From: Candidatus Bathyarchaeota archaeon
GTDB lineage: Archaea; Thermoproteota; Bathyarchaeia; Bathyarchaeales; Bathycorpusculaceae
Assembly (NCBI GenBank): GCA_963775895.1
Contig: CAVZKL010000012.1
Location: forward strand, 11,742 to 75,741
Length of the DNA: 64,000 nucleotides
Reading direction: 5' to 3'
The first letter of the stretch is position 1; each line of letters begins with the position of its first letter. Below are positions 19,372 to 28,840 of this stretch, piece by piece. The position numbers were made by a program, and so were the translations under genes. The notes below the pieces were generated by a model that did no database searches, had not been told where the DNA came from, and saw only the letters and a list, made by a program, of their open reading frames with translations.

Positions 19372-20337
19372 TTAGAACCCTTCGGATCTGCATTCAGAAA
19401 GCGTTTTTCTCAGTATGACAACGTCGCCTATTTTGGCGATTGCATTCCAAGGAATGTCCATGACGAAATCTTTGACACTGCGGTCGATCAATAGTTCGTC
19501 AGGCACTTTGAAAGTCATTCTGGTCTTCTGCATGAAACCGTCCAATTCGGTTTTTGATATGCGGTAGACGCGATCCCCCTCGCCCACCTTGAAGTATTTC
19601 ATCAGTGCTTCCACTATGTCTGGCCTGCCAGTGTTATCCAGATATTTGATTAACCAGCTGAGGCTGACTGAGTCACTCGGTTTCAATGCGTATATCCTAA
19701 TTCCTGGGGCATTCTGGAACAAAACGACTGAATCCAGATACCCAAGAGCATGTCCCTTAGAGTCTATGACGAGCTTGTCCTTTATCGTATCTGTGTTTCG
19801 GAAAGCAACGGTTTTCTGAACCGGAATCTTTCTGAAAGCGGCTTCTTTGGGTTCCTGCAGAAGGACGATTTTTATTACGCCTGAGACATCCTTCGTTCCC
19901 ACTGTCGATATGCCTATCGCCTTCACGTCTTGCAGAAGTGTCTTGCCCTTGGGCTCCTTTCTACCTTCAGTCGCTTTTTTGGTTCGGATTTCGATTCCCG
20001 TACGTTCAGCATATTCTATGTAATGCTTGTCCATGATGGGCTCGTCGGGTTTCAGACCCAATTCCTTTCGGATGTCTCGAATCAGTACATCAGTAGGAGA
20101 CAGCTTCTGAAGCCTTTCAGCCAGAAAGGTTAACTTGACTTTCTTCAGCAATTCCGCTTTTAGTGCATCTACGTCCACGATAGTCTTTTCATCAGGTCTG
20201 TCCTCATACACAAGAAGGCTGACTTCATCCTCGTCGATGTTAATCTTTCCCACTTTTCCATAAATGTATCCTTCCGAATCGACAACGATGGAATCGAGCA
20301 ACTCGTCCTCCCGATACGCCCGTTCCATTCTCCTCAC
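19372..20337 (-). CDS. Tandem PRC-barrel protein with helical insertions
   Basis: Two PRC starts (LLDSIVVDSEGYIYGKV; IKDKLVIDSKGHALGYL) and two PRC ends (DVKAIG..IVLL; IPWNAIAKIGDVVIL). Confidence 0.7.
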   Translation of the reverse strand: MRRMERAYREDELLDSIVVDSEGYIYGKVGKINIDEDEVSLLVYEDRPDEKTIVDVDALKAELLKKVKLTFLAERLQKLSPTDVLIRDIRKELGLKPDEPIMDKHYIEYAERTGIEIRTKKATEGRKEPKGKTLLQDVKAIGISTVGTKDVSGVIKIVLLQEPKEAAFRKIPVQKTVAFRNTDTIKDKLVIDSKGHALGYLDSVVLFQNAPGIRIYALKPSDSVSLSWLIKYLDNTGRPDIVEALMKYFKVGEGDRVYRISKTELDGFMQKTRMTFKVPDELLIDRSVKDFVMDIPWNAIAKIGDVVILRKTLSECRSEGF

Positions 20338-20372
20338 AACAACGTTATTAGTTCCTTTCCAATTTTAAAAGC

Positions 20373-21792
20373 TTGATGGCAGCGCTGCGAAGGAAGATCA
20401 GGGCTCCAGACCCATCAAGAATGATGAGAATCGGCGGCTACTTTTTGCTAGTCGGCATTCTGATCGGCATCACCCTAGGAGTTTACGCTCTTTTTAACCC
20501 TCATTTCTTTCTGACTTTCCTCAACATAAGCGAATATGAAGCCACATCCTTTTTCCTAGGAATCTATCTCCCAACCTTGGTCATTATCGTCGGAGTTGGA
20601 TACGTATTCGCCACAAGGTCGAGCCCAAACAGCCCAAACATGCGCCATACTAGTGTTCTCTCAGCTTTGATAGTCTTATGCTTGAGCCTTGCCTCACTTT
20701 CAATCTTCAACGTTCTAGCAGTGCTAGGAGGCGTTATTGCGCTGGCCGCCGTGATTCTTGCTCAAGCTCAACCTTCTTTCAAAGTTCTTTGGAAAAGGGA
20801 AGCATGTTTCTTCGTTCAAACAGGAAACATCTTGATCGTGTCGGCTTCGACACTTTTCCTGCTTATGTTGGCAATATCAAAGCTGCTTCAAACGTATTCA
20901 GCCGGGGTTTACCAATTTAACTATAGCTACCCTCTCGTTCTCATGGTTATCGCGGTTCTCTCTGCGCTGACCTTCGTGGTAACGCCTCGAATAGGCTTGC
21001 AAGGGTCCAAGGTCGGGCTCTGTGGAGTTCTTGCCTTGGCTGTAGGCGTGGCATCCTTCGTCTCGGCAGCTCAGAACGATTACGTTTACTCAAGTCCCGC
21101 GGTTTACCAAGGACTCTTCCTATTGGGGGCGGGAGTCGTTATGACTTTGATTGGCGCGCTAGCCTACTTCAAACTGTCACTGTCTGGAGAACTACTACCC
21201 TCAACATTGAACCCGTCCTTCGCATACAAAGGGAGGCACTGCCCCCATTGCGGCGCATCCTGGACAAATCCCAATCAACAGTCTCTGCTCAAACTGTAGA
21301 CAAAGCCTCTATTCAGAACAGGCAATATCTTTCTGTCCCCATTGCGGACGGTTGGTTCAAAAAAACGTCAACAACTGCCCTCACTGCGGCGCTGATGTTA
21401 CGAGCCTGCCCGTGCACATCTCGGTGGAGACTCCACGAGAGAAGGGGCTGTTCTCAAGAATATTGGACAGTTTTGAGTTGACTATGAAAGAGTTTGTAAT
21501 GATTCTCGTTCTATGGGTCCTGTTCAATTTCTTGTCATACATAAGTTATATTCGAACAGAAGCAACAAACCTCGGCTACACTCTCATCAGCCACTACGGC
21601 GTTCCTCTAGAGTGGTTAGAGGTCATTGCGGCTGGGACAGACTTCCAGGCCCGAAACGGCGGGTACGAGAGGCTGTTTGATCTGCAGGGAATTGGAATCG
21701 CTTGGGCACCACTGATCCTGGACTTGACGATCTATTTTCTGCTGGCCTTTTTCATGGTGTACGGAGCTGTAAAACTCCGATTGAAAAGGTGA
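20373..21792 (+). CDS. Polytopic membrane protein with internal double zinc ribbon, one frameshift near 21283
   Basis: About 8 TM, then CPHC / CSNC / CPHC / CPHC when frames are joined, then 2 more TM segments. Confidence 0.7.
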
Positions 21793-21906
21793 CAACTGGA
21801 GTTCACCGCGCGCGAGAGGACTAATTCCAAGAAAACCGTCACTGGAACATTGTTCCGCAAACAATTTAGGGTGAACTGCCCCGAAGATATGGATTGGAGG
21901 GACGAT

Positions 21907-22143
21907 ATGTTGCAGACGAGCAAGTTGTTTAGAGTTGACTTGACAAAGATAAGAGGACAAGGTGATTTTAACTGTCCCAAGTGCGGAACAAGAATCTCTC
22001 CAGACGATAGGAGCGAAAAAACTTACAAGATCCTTGGAACGTTCATGAAAGAAAACGAGTTGGACAGTGTGACGTTGCAGTGTGTTAGGTGTGAAAGCGA
22101 GATACACCTCGTCGGCTTCAACACACTGCGCATAGACAAGTGA
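21907..22143 (+). CDS. Small zinc-finger protein
   Basis: CPKCG...ISPDD...CVRC; ATG 21907 follows GGAGG. Confidence 0.7.
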   Translation: MLQTSKLFRVDLTKIRGQGDFNCPKCGTRISPDDRSEKTYKILGTFMKENELDSVTLQCVRCESEIHLVGFNTLRIDK

Positions 22144-22239
22144 GAAGCCTCGGCCGCCGATACGCGGAGTCGACCACTCTTTCGTCTTTTGGCTTCTTCA
22201 TTCAATGGAGTGGACGCTCGTTAGCGTTCCGATGAGGAG

Positions 22240-23637
22240 TCAGAGGTCATGTTCTTCCAGGTACACCGGGGCGCTCGATTCCCATCCGGCCTTCGAGTGG
22301 AGGAAGCCCTCTAGGCTCGAGATTGCATCTTCTTCTCCGTGAGTTATGAAAACGTGTTTCGGCGGGGATTTGAAGTTGTTGAGCCAGCGTTGCAGGTCGT
22401 TCATGTCTGCATGGGCAGATAGTCCATCGGCGCTTTCTATCTTTATCCGCACGGGATAGGACTGACCGAGGATTCGAACGGGAGAAACGCCGTCTAATAT
22501 CTGCCGTCCCAGCGTCCCAGCAGCCTGATACCCCACAAAAAGAAGCGTGGATTCGGGGCGAGTTATCTCTCTGACCAAATGGTGCTTGATTCTTCCTCCG
22601 GTAATCATTCCCGAACCGGCCATTATGATGGCTGATTCTTTGATCTGGTTGATTGCCTTGGATGCTTCAACGGACTCTACGAGGTTCAGCCCTGGAAAAT
22701 CGAAGGGAGATTGCCCGTATTCAAAGGACTCGGGCGTCTTCTTTTCGAAATACTTCGTGTATTCTTCAAAGATCTTCGTGATTTCCACTGCCATCGGGCT
22801 GTCGAGAAAGATTGTGACGTAGGGTATCTTCTTCGCACGCGCTAGGCGATTGAAGTGATAGAGCAGCTCTTGAGCACGCTCTATGGCAAAAGTGGGGATG
22901 AGAAGGTTGCCGCCTGATCGCAGAGTCTCGTTGACGGCGCCGCAGAGTTTATCATCAGCGTCTTGTGGGCTTTCGTGATTGCGGTTTCCGTAGGTCGATT
23001 CCATGACCACATAGTCTGCTCGATCAAAAACAGCAGGATCACTGAGAAGAGGATTATTCCACTGGCCTATGTCCCCTGAAAATACGATGTTGCGAGAACC
23101 ATTCCCGTCTTGAACAACTATTTCAACCATTGCCGAACCGAGGATATGGCCGGCATCGTGGAAACACACCTTGATCTTCTCGTTCAATTGGAGAAATTCC
23201 TCGTACGAAAGATCCTTCACTAACGGAAAACATTTCTCAGCTTCTTCAGTTGTGTACAAAGGGATTTCTGGATGCGGTCCCTCTCGGCCTTCTTTTTCAT
23301 GGCGTTTTTTCTTGAAGACAGCGTCTTCTTCTTGCATTCTAGCGGAATCTTTGATGACTATCGGAAACAATTCTTTGGATGCTTGGGTCATCAAGATGGT
23401 TCCAGCAAACCCTTCCTTGACAAGTTTCGGGATGAGCCCGCAATGATCCAAGTGAACGTGCGTGAGAAGAAGATACTGGATCTGATCTGGAGGAACGGGG
23501 AACGGCTCCCAGTTCCTGTACAAATAGTCTCTTTCCTGATAGAGGCCACAGTCCACGAGGATTCTCAGTCCATCGGACTCAAGAAAGTAGCATGATCCCG
23601 TCACTTGACGCGTCGCGCCCAAGAACTTGATCTTCAT
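22240..23637 (-). CDS. MBL-fold beta-CASP ribonuclease (YSH1/CPSF-like, no KH domains)
   Basis: VTGSC, THVHLDHCG, AGHILGS, FSGD, MESTYG, FAIERAQE, GYQAAGTLGR, LSAHAD, THGE. Confidence 0.93.
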   Translation of the reverse strand: MKIKFLGATRQVTGSCYFLESDGLRILVDCGLYQERDYLYRNWEPFPVPPDQIQYLLLTHVHLDHCGLIPKLVKEGFAGTILMTQASKELFPIVIKDSARMQEEDAVFKKKRHEKEGREGPHPEIPLYTTEEAEKCFPLVKDLSYEEFLQLNEKIKVCFHDAGHILGSAMVEIVVQDGNGSRNIVFSGDIGQWNNPLLSDPAVFDRADYVVMESTYGNRNHESPQDADDKLCGAVNETLRSGGNLLIPTFAIERAQELLYHFNRLARAKKIPYVTIFLDSPMAVEITKIFEEYTKYFEKKTPESFEYGQSPFDFPGLNLVESVEASKAINQIKESAIIMAGSGMITGGRIKHHLVREITRPESTLLFVGYQAAGTLGRQILDGVSPVRILGQSYPVRIKIESADGLSAHADMNDLQRWLNNFKSPPKHVFITHGEEDAISSLEGFLHSKAGWESSAPVYLEEHDL

Positions 23638-23824
23638 AGCATTGACATTGTTTATTCCTGCCCTATCAGTCCTTCGCCTCGCTCAGCGAAACAGGAAGGA
23701 CTACCCCTAAAGTCCTTGAAAGCTCGTTTGTCTTCAGAAAAAGAAGGGAACTACGCGCGGACGCCCAAAAGATATAAGCCTCTGATGGTATGAGTGGCCA
23801 TGTCTACGTTTTGAAGGAATTGGT

Positions 23825-24642
23825 TTGATGTTTGTTTCCAAACGGCTGGTAGCAAACGCTATTCTTGTCATGGCCGCCGTGGTTGTGTCAACCACGATTT
23901 TTCTGTTCCTTTTCATGTCCGTCAGTGTGGCCGATGTCGCAGATTACACGTTCTACGCGACGCTGCCTACTGCCATAAACTTGGCTGCTGCATATGTGCT
24001 GGCGAAAGGCTACCTAGCTCATGGTCAAGCACCTATACTAGTCTTTGGCGGTGCGAATCTTGTTTTGGGTTTGGTTGGTGTGACGGATATCTTCTTCACT
24101 TTTTACGAATCTACCTTGGTCCAAGCTTGGCTCTAGGGAGCACTGGTGGTCTGCTCTTTTCGTCGCTCAACTTCTGTGGCGCGTTTCTGGCTGTTAAGGA
24201 ACGAACACATTCGGAGCATTCCAGTGCAAGATCACGATTAACCATGACATATACAGTCGCTACCGTCACGATTGCCCTTCTTGGCTATTCTGCTGTTGAT
24301 GGTCTTGCTTCAGCCTTCTACGCTGGTCCTTCGCTGATTATAACTTCACTCAAAGGGGCATTCTCGGCGTTGACGACGATTCTTCTTCTCGCCTCTTCGA
24401 TTCTGCTCTTTCTGAAAGGGAACCAAGACGCGAAGTCACGTTTCCTCAATTGGTACGCAATAGGTCTGGTCTCGACAGCTCTACCGTTTCTTCTTTCTTT
24501 CTTGGATTTGTCAGGTGGTAACATTGAACTCGATAGGCTGCAAGCACTGCTAGATCTTGCGGGTTGCGCGTGTTTTTTGATTTCTGCTTTTGTTTATCTG
24601 CGGGAAAACCCGCCGATAACACACGATTCTGGGAATGGTTAA
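23825..24642 (+). CDS. Polytopic membrane protein (sensor-like), split near 24130
   Basis: Two overlapping hydrophobic ORFs (23825-24136 and 24127-24642), about 8 TM in total. Confidence 0.5.
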
Positions 24643-24737
24643 AACAGGCAGACCAACAGTTCTCATTCGTGAGCTACTGCCTGAAGTATTTAACAAGCTC
24701 CATCTGTTCGCGCGCGCTAACCAAAATCGGGGCGAAG

Positions 24738-24811
24738 TGGACCGGTGGGGATTTGAACCCCAGACCTCCTGAGTGCAAGTCAGGCGTTCATACCAACTGA
24801 ACTACCGGCCC
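24738..24811 (-). tRNA. tRNA-Ala(UGC), intronless, CCA not encoded
   Basis: GGGCCGGTAGTTCAGTTGGTATGAACGCCTGACTTGCACTCAGGAGGTCTGGGGTTCAAATCCCCACCGGTCCA folds as a cloverleaf; anticodon TGC; G3:U70 pair and A73. Confidence 0.97.
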
Positions 24812-25001
24812 TCAATTGTTCTTTCAGAAAAAACCAGCAGTAAAGACATTTAGAGCTTTCGGTGAGAACTACCGTACCTTGCCACTAATACAAAGCGAAA
24901 CTTTCGATATGGTAAAGATGAGCCTTGATTAAGAAATAGTTTACACTAAGTGAAAAAAAGAGGAAGAACGACTCGTTCTATGCGAAGGAGATTAGTCTAA
25001 T

Positions 25002-25142
25002 CTAGAATCTTCGACTTGGGCCACGTTTCTTAGACCAGCACTCTCGGCAGTAAACAGGTCTGCTTGGGTCAGGTTTGAAGGGAACTTCACATTCCTTCCC
25101 ACATTCAGCGCAAACTGCCTTGTGCATCTCTTTCTCTGCCAT
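25002..25142 (-). CDS. CxxC-x17-CxxC domain microprotein (46 aa)
   Basis: Manual translation MAEKEMHKAVCAECGKECEVPFKPDPSRPVYCRECWSKKRGPSRRF*; AGGAG upstream; below the ORF-track cutoff. Confidence 0.9.
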   Translation of the reverse strand: MAEKEMHKAVCAECGKECEVPFKPDPSRPVYCRECWSKKRGPSRRF

Positions 25143-25170
25143 TTTGCATTTTCAACTCCTATTACGTATT

Positions 25171-25192
25171 GTGCAAGAATCGCTTCTTGCAC
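25171..25192 (-). promoter_or_regulatory. Perfect 9-bp hairpin with a GCGA tetraloop upstream of the microprotein
   Basis: Minus strand GTGCAAGAA-GCGA-TTCTTGCAC, between a TTTTATAA box and the RBS. Confidence 0.55.
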
Positions 25193-25330
25193 GGCGCAAC
25201 TAAACAGATAACGTAACTTATAAAACTTGCCGTAAAGAAGAAACAGCGTTCCACGCAGACAAAACCTTGGAGTTGGCATTACGCTTTTAAGCACAACCGT
25301 GTTCTTTGATTCTTTCTCACGGTGACTCAG

Positions 25331-26428
25331 ATGGTAGACTCGAGAACTGAAAAACTGGCCAAGCTCTGCGTTCAATACAGCGTAGACGTGAAGCCAGAAG
25401 AACAAGTGCTCATACAAGGAAGCGATCAGGCTCTACCGCTCATAAATGAGCTCTACAAAGAATGCCTTCTGAGAGACGCGCACCCAATAGTGCTGCCTAA
25501 CCTTGACCTTCAATACACCTTCTTCAAGCACGCAAAAGAACACCAATTGAAGTTTGTTTCACCAATCGAGAAGTTCATTATTGAGAACATGGACGTCAAC
25601 ATAGGCATATTCTGTGAACCAAACCCCAAGGGACTTTCGACAATAGACCCCGCAAAAACTAGGGCGCGCTCTGTCTCGAGAAAGGATCTGATGGAGATCT
25701 TTTTCAGACGCGTCGCCGAAGGTAAACTAAGATGGACTAATCTACCGTATCCAATCAGCGCCGAAGCACAGGAAGCATCCATGCCACTTGAAGAGTACGA
25801 AGACTTCGTGTACAACAGTTGCCTCGTGGACAAGGAGGACCCTGTCGCTGAATGGAAGAAAGTTCACCAACAGCAACAGAAAATCGGCGAATTCCTGAAC
25901 CAAACAAGCGAGGTTCATGTCGTAGGCGAAGACACGGATTTGACGTTCAACGTCAAGGGCAGAAAATGGATAAACTGCAGCGGAAAAGAGAACATGCCAG
26001 ACGGTGAAGTCTTTACTGGTCCAATCGAAAACTCCACGAATGGCACGATAAGGTTCACCTATCCGGGAATCTACGCTGGCAGAGAAGTTGAAGACATAAA
26101 ACTCGCTTTCAAAGACGGAAGAGTCGTAAAGGCTTCAGCAGCAAAAAGCGACGACTTCCTACAGCAAATGCTGAAGATAGAAGGAGCCGATCGCCTCGGA
26201 GAAGCCTCGATAGGAACCAACTACAGCATAACGAGATTCACAAAGAACATGCTCTTCGACGAAAAAATGGGCGGAACGATACACATGGCTTTGGGAAACT
26301 CTTATCCAGAATCAGGAGGCAAAAACGAATCTGCCATCCACTGGGACATACTCAAAGACATGAAGAAAGACGGAGAAATCTACGCAGACAACAAACTCTT
26401 CTACAAAAACGGCAAATTCCTATTGTAG
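25331..26428 (+). CDS. M29 aminopeptidase (AmpS/AmpT family)
   Basis: NMPDGEVFTGP, RLGEASIGTN, NMLFDEKMGGTIHMALG, SAIHWD. Confidence 0.94.
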   Translation: MVDSRTEKLAKLCVQYSVDVKPEEQVLIQGSDQALPLINELYKECLLRDAHPIVLPNLDLQYTFFKHAKEHQLKFVSPIEKFIIENMDVNIGIFCEPNPKGLSTIDPAKTRARSVSRKDLMEIFFRRVAEGKLRWTNLPYPISAEAQEASMPLEEYEDFVYNSCLVDKEDPVAEWKKVHQQQQKIGEFLNQTSEVHVVGEDTDLTFNVKGRKWINCSGKENMPDGEVFTGPIENSTNGTIRFTYPGIYAGREVEDIKLAFKDGRVVKASAAKSDDFLQQMLKIEGADRLGEASIGTNYSITRFTKNMLFDEKMGGTIHMALGNSYPESGGKNESAIHWDILKDMKKDGEIYADNKLFYKNGKFLL

Positions 26429-26566
26429 ATCATAATCTCGTTTTCTCAACTCACTCACGTTTCTTGAACTTTTCCAGTTTGAAGTGAGCTAGTCCACGGA
26501 AAATCTGAATTGCGAAATCTTAAATTCAAGCCTCGTAAAATTCAGCCTTTAGAAGCGTGCAGAAAA

Positions 26567-27055
26567 ATGTTGGAGTTCAAAACCGTTAAGGTCGACGTCC
26601 CTGAGCACTGCAACGTGGTTTTGGGCATGGCGCACTTCATCAAGACGGTCGAAGATCTTTACGAAGCGTTGATCAATGCCGTGCCGGACATAAAGTTTGG
26701 AATTGGGTTCTGCGAAAGTTCAGGACCGTGTCTTGTGAGGCACGAGGGAAATGACGAAGATCTGAGAAAGCTGGCCGCCAAGAAAGCGTATGAGATCAGT
26801 TGCGGCCACAGCTTCATAATCTACTTGAAAAACGCCTATCCTATTAACGTGCTAGACAAAGTCAGGAACGTGCCCGAAATGTGCACGATATATGCTGCTA
26901 CGGCCAACCCCTTGGAAGTTATCGTTGCGGAAACTGAACAGGGACGAGGAATAATCGGTGTGGTTGATGGACTTGCGAGCAAAGGTATCGAAACACAGGA
27001 AGACATCAGAAAACGAAAAGAGTTCCTGAGAAATATCGGCTACAAACTCGGTTAA
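26567..27055 (+). CDS. Adenosine-specific kinase/DUF355 family protein
   Basis: AHFIKTVEDL, FCESSGPCLVR, GHSF, YPINVL, ATANP, GRGIIGVVDG, IGYK. Confidence 0.9.
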   Translation: MLEFKTVKVDVPEHCNVVLGMAHFIKTVEDLYEALINAVPDIKFGIGFCESSGPCLVRHEGNDEDLRKLAAKKAYEISCGHSFIIYLKNAYPINVLDKVRNVPEMCTIYAATANPLEVIVAETEQGRGIIGVVDGLASKGIETQEDIRKRKEFLRNIGYKLG

Positions 27056-27137
27056 ATCTTACGGAGAAAAGAGATATCGCAGGGTGAAGAGGCCCCGCGA
27101 GAATCATCTTTCAAAAGAGGAGTGAAGAAAGGCTTGT

Positions 27138-27356
27138 TTATCTGTTCAAGGCTAATTGTTCTCGCAGTTCAAAGGGCATCTGGTCATTCATTTTCTGAGC
27201 CGCATAGGCAGCCAGTCTCTTAAATTGACGCTCTGTCAGAACATTCCGGGCTCTTGATAGAATTTCAAGGCATATTTCCTTAAAAACCAGGTCGGCGCAT
27301 CCGTTTTTCGCGTCGTCTATCAGTTCCTTGCATGCTTGAAAGATCTGTTCATTCAT
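27138..27356 (-). CDS. Small helical hypothetical protein (72 aa)
   Basis: ATG 27356 preceded by GGGTGA..GAGG RBS; amphipathic helices. Confidence 0.7.
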   Translation of the reverse strand: MNEQIFQACKELIDDAKNGCADLVFKEICLEILSRARNVLTERQFKRLAAYAAQKMNDQMPFELREQLALNR

Positions 27357-27528
27357 CCTCAATTCACCCTGCAAACATCACCTAACATCTCATGAAATTA
27401 AACACTTATGAAAACAAAAATAGAATTGAAAATCCACGTCTCACGTCAACAAAAACCTTTGCGCAACAGTGAAATCCAGTTCTCGACGAGATGCACGTAC
27501 GTTAACCTTTTAAATATGGCATCGAAAT

Positions 27529-28096
27529 ATGCTACTCAAACGGAAGAATGAAACTGTGAATGAGGTCTTGGAAGCCATAAGAAAAAGACGCACCGTATTA
27601 AGGTTTGAGAGCTCCAGCATCGAAGATGACAAAGTTGAAGCAATATTAGAAGCTGGAAGATGGTCACCCTCATGGATAAACAAACAGCCTTGGAACTTCA
27701 TAGTAATCAAGGACCAAAAAACCAAAGAACAACTCAGCGAAGTAGTCCCAACAACCTTCGTTCAGGGGCTAAAAGAAGCCCCACTCTGCATCGCTGTAAC
27801 CGTCAACACGGATGAAGACCCATATCACTACATAGAAACCGGAGCAGCGGCAACCCAAAACATGGCTCTAGCGGCCTACAGCCTCGGATTACACTCCTCA
27901 TGGATCGGAGTCTACGACCTCAAGAATCAAAGGAACTCGGCGGAATCAAAGATCAGACAAATTCTCGGCGTTCCCAAAAACAGCTAGAGTCATTGCAATT
28001 CTCCCGATAGGGCTCGCAAAAAACGGCATGCTACCGCAAAAGGACAGGAAACCGCTCGCACAATTGGTGTATAAAGAAAAGTTTGGAAAACGATAA
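27529..28096 (+). CDS. Nitroreductase family protein, +1 frameshift near 27980
   Basis: AIRKRRTV.RF, WSPSWINKQPWNF, QNMALAAYSLGL; continues RVIAILPIG...RKPL after an A run. Confidence 0.88.
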
Positions 28097-28201
28097 AGAA
28101 CTAAACGTACCCATTTCTTCTTCGCGCTCCTATTTTTGAACGTTCTTATCTTGCAACAGAATCGCTATAGGATGAGAATCACATAAACAACGCCAGCGGC
28201 G

Positions 28202-28723
28202 ATGGTCATGGGTTACGCTTCTGTCTGGAAAGTCCTGGAAGAAATGCTGATCGAGTCGCGTCAAAGGGAACTTCCAATCCCGCCCTCCATCATGGACGAC
28301 CTGAAAAGCGCAAAGACAGTAATCCGAATGCTCACGGACGATAATCTTGCAGAAAACATCCAGAGAATTGAGCAATACCTATTGAATGTAGAATCTTACT
28401 TGGTGTCTGAAGGACAGAAAAAATTCGGCCAAGACTACGTTGACAAATGGCTAATCCGAATTGATAAGGCCAGCAGAGAAACGCACGATGAAGAACCGAA
28501 GAGAACAAGGTTTGTTCCTGGCATTCCGAGACAGCAGAAATGGATTCGCGTGGCTTCATCAAAAGAGTTGCCTGTTGAGAGACTAAAAACCATGGCTGAG
28601 AAGATGAATATTTGCTGCGAAGTTCAAAAAGACGGCTCGTTGCTAGCGTTCGGTGAAGAGCAGAAAATCAAAGACTTTGTAAAAAAAATGGCTCTGAAGT
28701 ACAAAGCGAAGACAGAGAAATAG
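28202..28723 (+). CDS. DUF2096-like archaeal protein
   Basis: WKVLEEML...MDDLKSAKT...FVPGIPR..KWIRV. Confidence 0.6.
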   Translation: MVMGYASVWKVLEEMLIESRQRELPIPPSIMDDLKSAKTVIRMLTDDNLAENIQRIEQYLLNVESYLVSEGQKKFGQDYVDKWLIRIDKASRETHDEEPKRTRFVPGIPRQQKWIRVASSKELPVERLKTMAEKMNICCEVQKDGSLLAFGEEQKIKDFVKKMALKYKAKTEK

Positions 28724-28840
28724 CGCGAAAAAGTACATAACGGTTAAAGCCTTATGATGCGATAAATGCTTTTATTAAAAACTCACAGTACTGTCCCCCT
28801 AGGAGAAGTTAACGTTTCGGAACGTGAGGACGCAGGCTGA

